Source of the DNA: Strigamia acuminata | Taxonomy: Eukaryota | Assembly (NCBI GenBank): GCA_949358305.1 | Contig: OX442314.1 | Location: 6,262,001-6,326,000 of the forward strand | Reading direction: 5' to 3' | DNA length: 64,000 bases | Shown here: piece by piece, positions 62,115 through 64,000 of the stretch | Layout: the number at the start of each line of letters is the position of its first letter | Numbering within the stretch: the stretch's first letter is position 1 | The notes under the pieces: generated by a model | What the model was told of the DNA's origin: nothing | What the model saw: the letters and a program-made list of their open reading frames with translations, nothing else | Databases searched by the model: none | Translations under genes and position numbers: made by a program

Positions 62115-62120
62115 TTTTTT
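62080..62120 (-). promoter_or_regulatory. -1 frameshift signal of element B
   Basis: A_AAA_AAC before gag TAG, 7-nt spacer, stem GGGGGA..TCCCCC; -1 frame joins MDVD of pol. Confidence 0.88.
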
Positions 62121-64000
62121 GGACTAGTCGCACTTGAATCAGCAGATTCGGGTTTGGTCAAAGTCTTGACCATTTCTGCCAACGAGTTAGTCAGCGAAGT
62201 TTGTAACTTATTTTCAAAAGTATTAAATTTAGCATCTAGTGTTGCATCCAACACTTCTTGAGTTATCCATCTGTTATTAGGACGTTTAGAAGTAGGATCC
62301 ACAGTCGGGGAATCCGGCGTACTTCGTTTTTGCAACTCTTCAGAGTTGAAATTTGCACGTGGTTTTAAATCGGGACATTCTCGACGCATGTGTCCTGGTT
62401 TCTTACAGTGGTAACAAACTAATTGACCACGTCTGGTCTGATCCACTACTCCATTTATTAAATAAACGGCCTCGCATTCCTCAGGTAACTCTTCTTCACA
62501 AATATTAAGTTGTTCTTGTGAATCCAAAGTTAAAGATTTAACATTTGTCTTCGACTGAGGACGTGTGTCAGTTTTCCGAGGTGGGAAAACGACTGGTTTG
62601 GAAATATTTTCCCTTGCTCCATTCGCTGTACGACTGTACAAGCCTTTATTTTTTGTTATGACGGTATAAATCTCTGTCAGAGGTAAATCCGCTATGCCTT
62701 GCGTATGCAAAAGCAAATCATTAGCAGGAGTTACACTCCCGATAAAAAGACAACCAGCCCCTTTTGCATCAAGACTGTCTTGTAATATCCATAACTGGTA
62801 ATATTTGTGCATAAAGTCGTAAAGACTTTCTGTTTCCAGTTGTTTCAACTTAGTTAGTTGGTTCGTCCGCTCTTGTCGAGTGGCTACAAACCGTTCTTTG
62901 AACGCCTGTTCAAATACTTCCCAAGATATGAAATCTTCTCTCCTTTCGTGAAACCAACCATGCGCTTGCTCGGTTAAATAACCGGCCACGCCTTTAACCA
63001 GCATGTCATCGAGTGACATGTTTCGCAGGAAAGCGACATTTTTTACAATATTGAGAAAGCGTTCGCTTTCTTCTGCTTTTCCGGAGAATACCGGGATATC
63101 TGGTGGTTTCAAACAGTTAGTTTGAGGGACAGCGGCGGAACTTTTTCCTGCCTGCATCAACTTGTGCATGGTCGTGGCAATTGACGCGAGGTCATCAGCC
63201 GTCATTCCAAAGCTACTGGGGGGGCGTGAATTGTCATTTGACGATCCGCCATTATTTGGTTGACTCGAGTTATTTTGACTTGAGCCACCACTATTGGGGT
63301 TGAAATTATTCGACCCTCCTTGATTTGACCTGCTGTGGTTACCAAGGTTCGAATGGTTATTCGAATTGCCTTGGTTCCCATAATTCGAATGATTATTAGA
63401 ATTACCCTGATTGTCAAAATTCGGACGGTTGTTCGAACTTTCTTGATTACCAAAATTCGGACGATAGTTCGAATTACCTGGTGTACCTCGATTCAAATAG
63501 TTATTTGAATTTCCTGGAGTTCCAGTAGAAGGATTATTTGGGTTATTCGAGTTCGGAGGAACTGGGTGACCCCTTTGCATGTTAGGTGCTGGACTAGAAT
63601 TGTTTGCAAATCTAGAGTTTGGGTCAAAACGACGGTTTGGACCTCTTGTCGCACCTGAATTTGGGTTCAAATTTCCAGCGAGATTCGGACAACTATTTGA
63701 TCCGTTTGGAAAACTTGGATTAGGGTTGGCCATATTAGGCGGACCCAAATTCGCTCTGTTGAACGTATTTTCAAAGTTCTCTGGATTTGTAAATCCTCTT
63801 TGTTGATTGCGAGCGAAGTTATTCGCTCGTAATCGTTGTTGGAAAGCACGATTAAAATCTCCTGGTGTCAAATTCGACTGATCTTGACGAGGAGGTTGTG
63901 CATTTTTATTTCTATATCTAGAAATAGGCGTCGAAGGAGTGGGACTAAAATTATTTAATCTTTGGCTGGCTGGGGAATGGGTTTGCTCCGACGTAGCACG
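62111..64000 (-). CDS. gag: Gag of element B, 5'-partial
   Basis: Frame open to window edge; Asn/Gly/Ser-rich N-half, IPVFSG..AHGWF..WEVFE, CYHCKKPGHMRREC. Confidence 0.92.
   Translation of the reverse strand, partial: RATSEQTHSPASQRLNNFSPTPSTPISRYRNKNAQPPRQDQSNLTPGDFNRAFQQRLRANNFARNQQRGFTNPENFENTFNRANLGPPNMANPNPSFPNGSNSCPNLAGNLNPNSGATRGPNRRFDPNSRFANNSSPAPNMQRGHPVPPNSNNPNNPSTGTPGNSNNYLNRGTPGNSNYRPNFGNQESSNNRPNFDNQGNSNNHSNYGNQGNSNNHSNLGNHSRSNQGGSNNFNPNSGGSSQNNSSQPNNGGSSNDNSRPPSSFGMTADDLASIATTMHKLMQAGKSSAAVPQTNCLKPPDIPVFSGKAEESERFLNIVKNVAFLRNMSLDDMLVKGVAGYLTEQAHGWFHERREDFISWEVFEQAFKERFVATRQERTNQLTKLKQLETESLYDFMHKYYQLWILQDSLDAKGAGCLFIGSVTPANDLLLHTQGIADLPLTEIYTVITKNKGLYSRTANGARENISKPVVFPPRKTDTRPQSKTNVKSLTLDSQEQLNICEEELPEECEAVYLINGVVDQTRRGQLVCYHCKKPGHMRRECPDLKPRANFNSEELQKRSTPDSPTVDPTSKRPNNRWITQEVLDATLDAKFNTFENKLQTSLTNSLAEMVKTLTKPESADSSATSPKN

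Larger units (their letters stand above)
52842..64000 (-). mobile_element. Ty3/Gypsy element 'B' (gag partial, pol, ORF3, PPT, 3' LTR), relative of A
   Basis: Same organisation and homologous proteins; 5' end beyond the window. Confidence 0.95.

Overview
Repeat-rich eukaryotic (invertebrate, probably arthropod-like) genomic DNA. 1-21.7 kb: a head-to-tail array (period 12,434 bp, shared 1.6-kb LTRs) of a minus-strand Ty3/Gypsy retrotransposon ('A') with a tRNA-Gln PBS, gag, -1 frameshift, pol and a non-env third ORF. 52.8-64 kb: a related but diverged element ('B') with the same layout. The two ORF3 proteins share an unrecognised three-CxxC domain. Both LTRs carry repeated stem-loops whose base changes preserve pairing on the sense strand, suggesting an accessory-protein plus RNA-element regulatory system (hypothesis). 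Between them are three DEG/ENaC-like host genes; the two complete ones each encode two channel subunits fused in one ~800-aa, 4-TM chain with a duplicated exon/phase pattern. Also present: a 9-kb Mutator/Phantom-like transposon with foldback ends and a FLYWCH-MULE-RING transposase, a decayed Copia, solo LTRs and MITEs. All calls were made by eye; no searches or folding programs were run.
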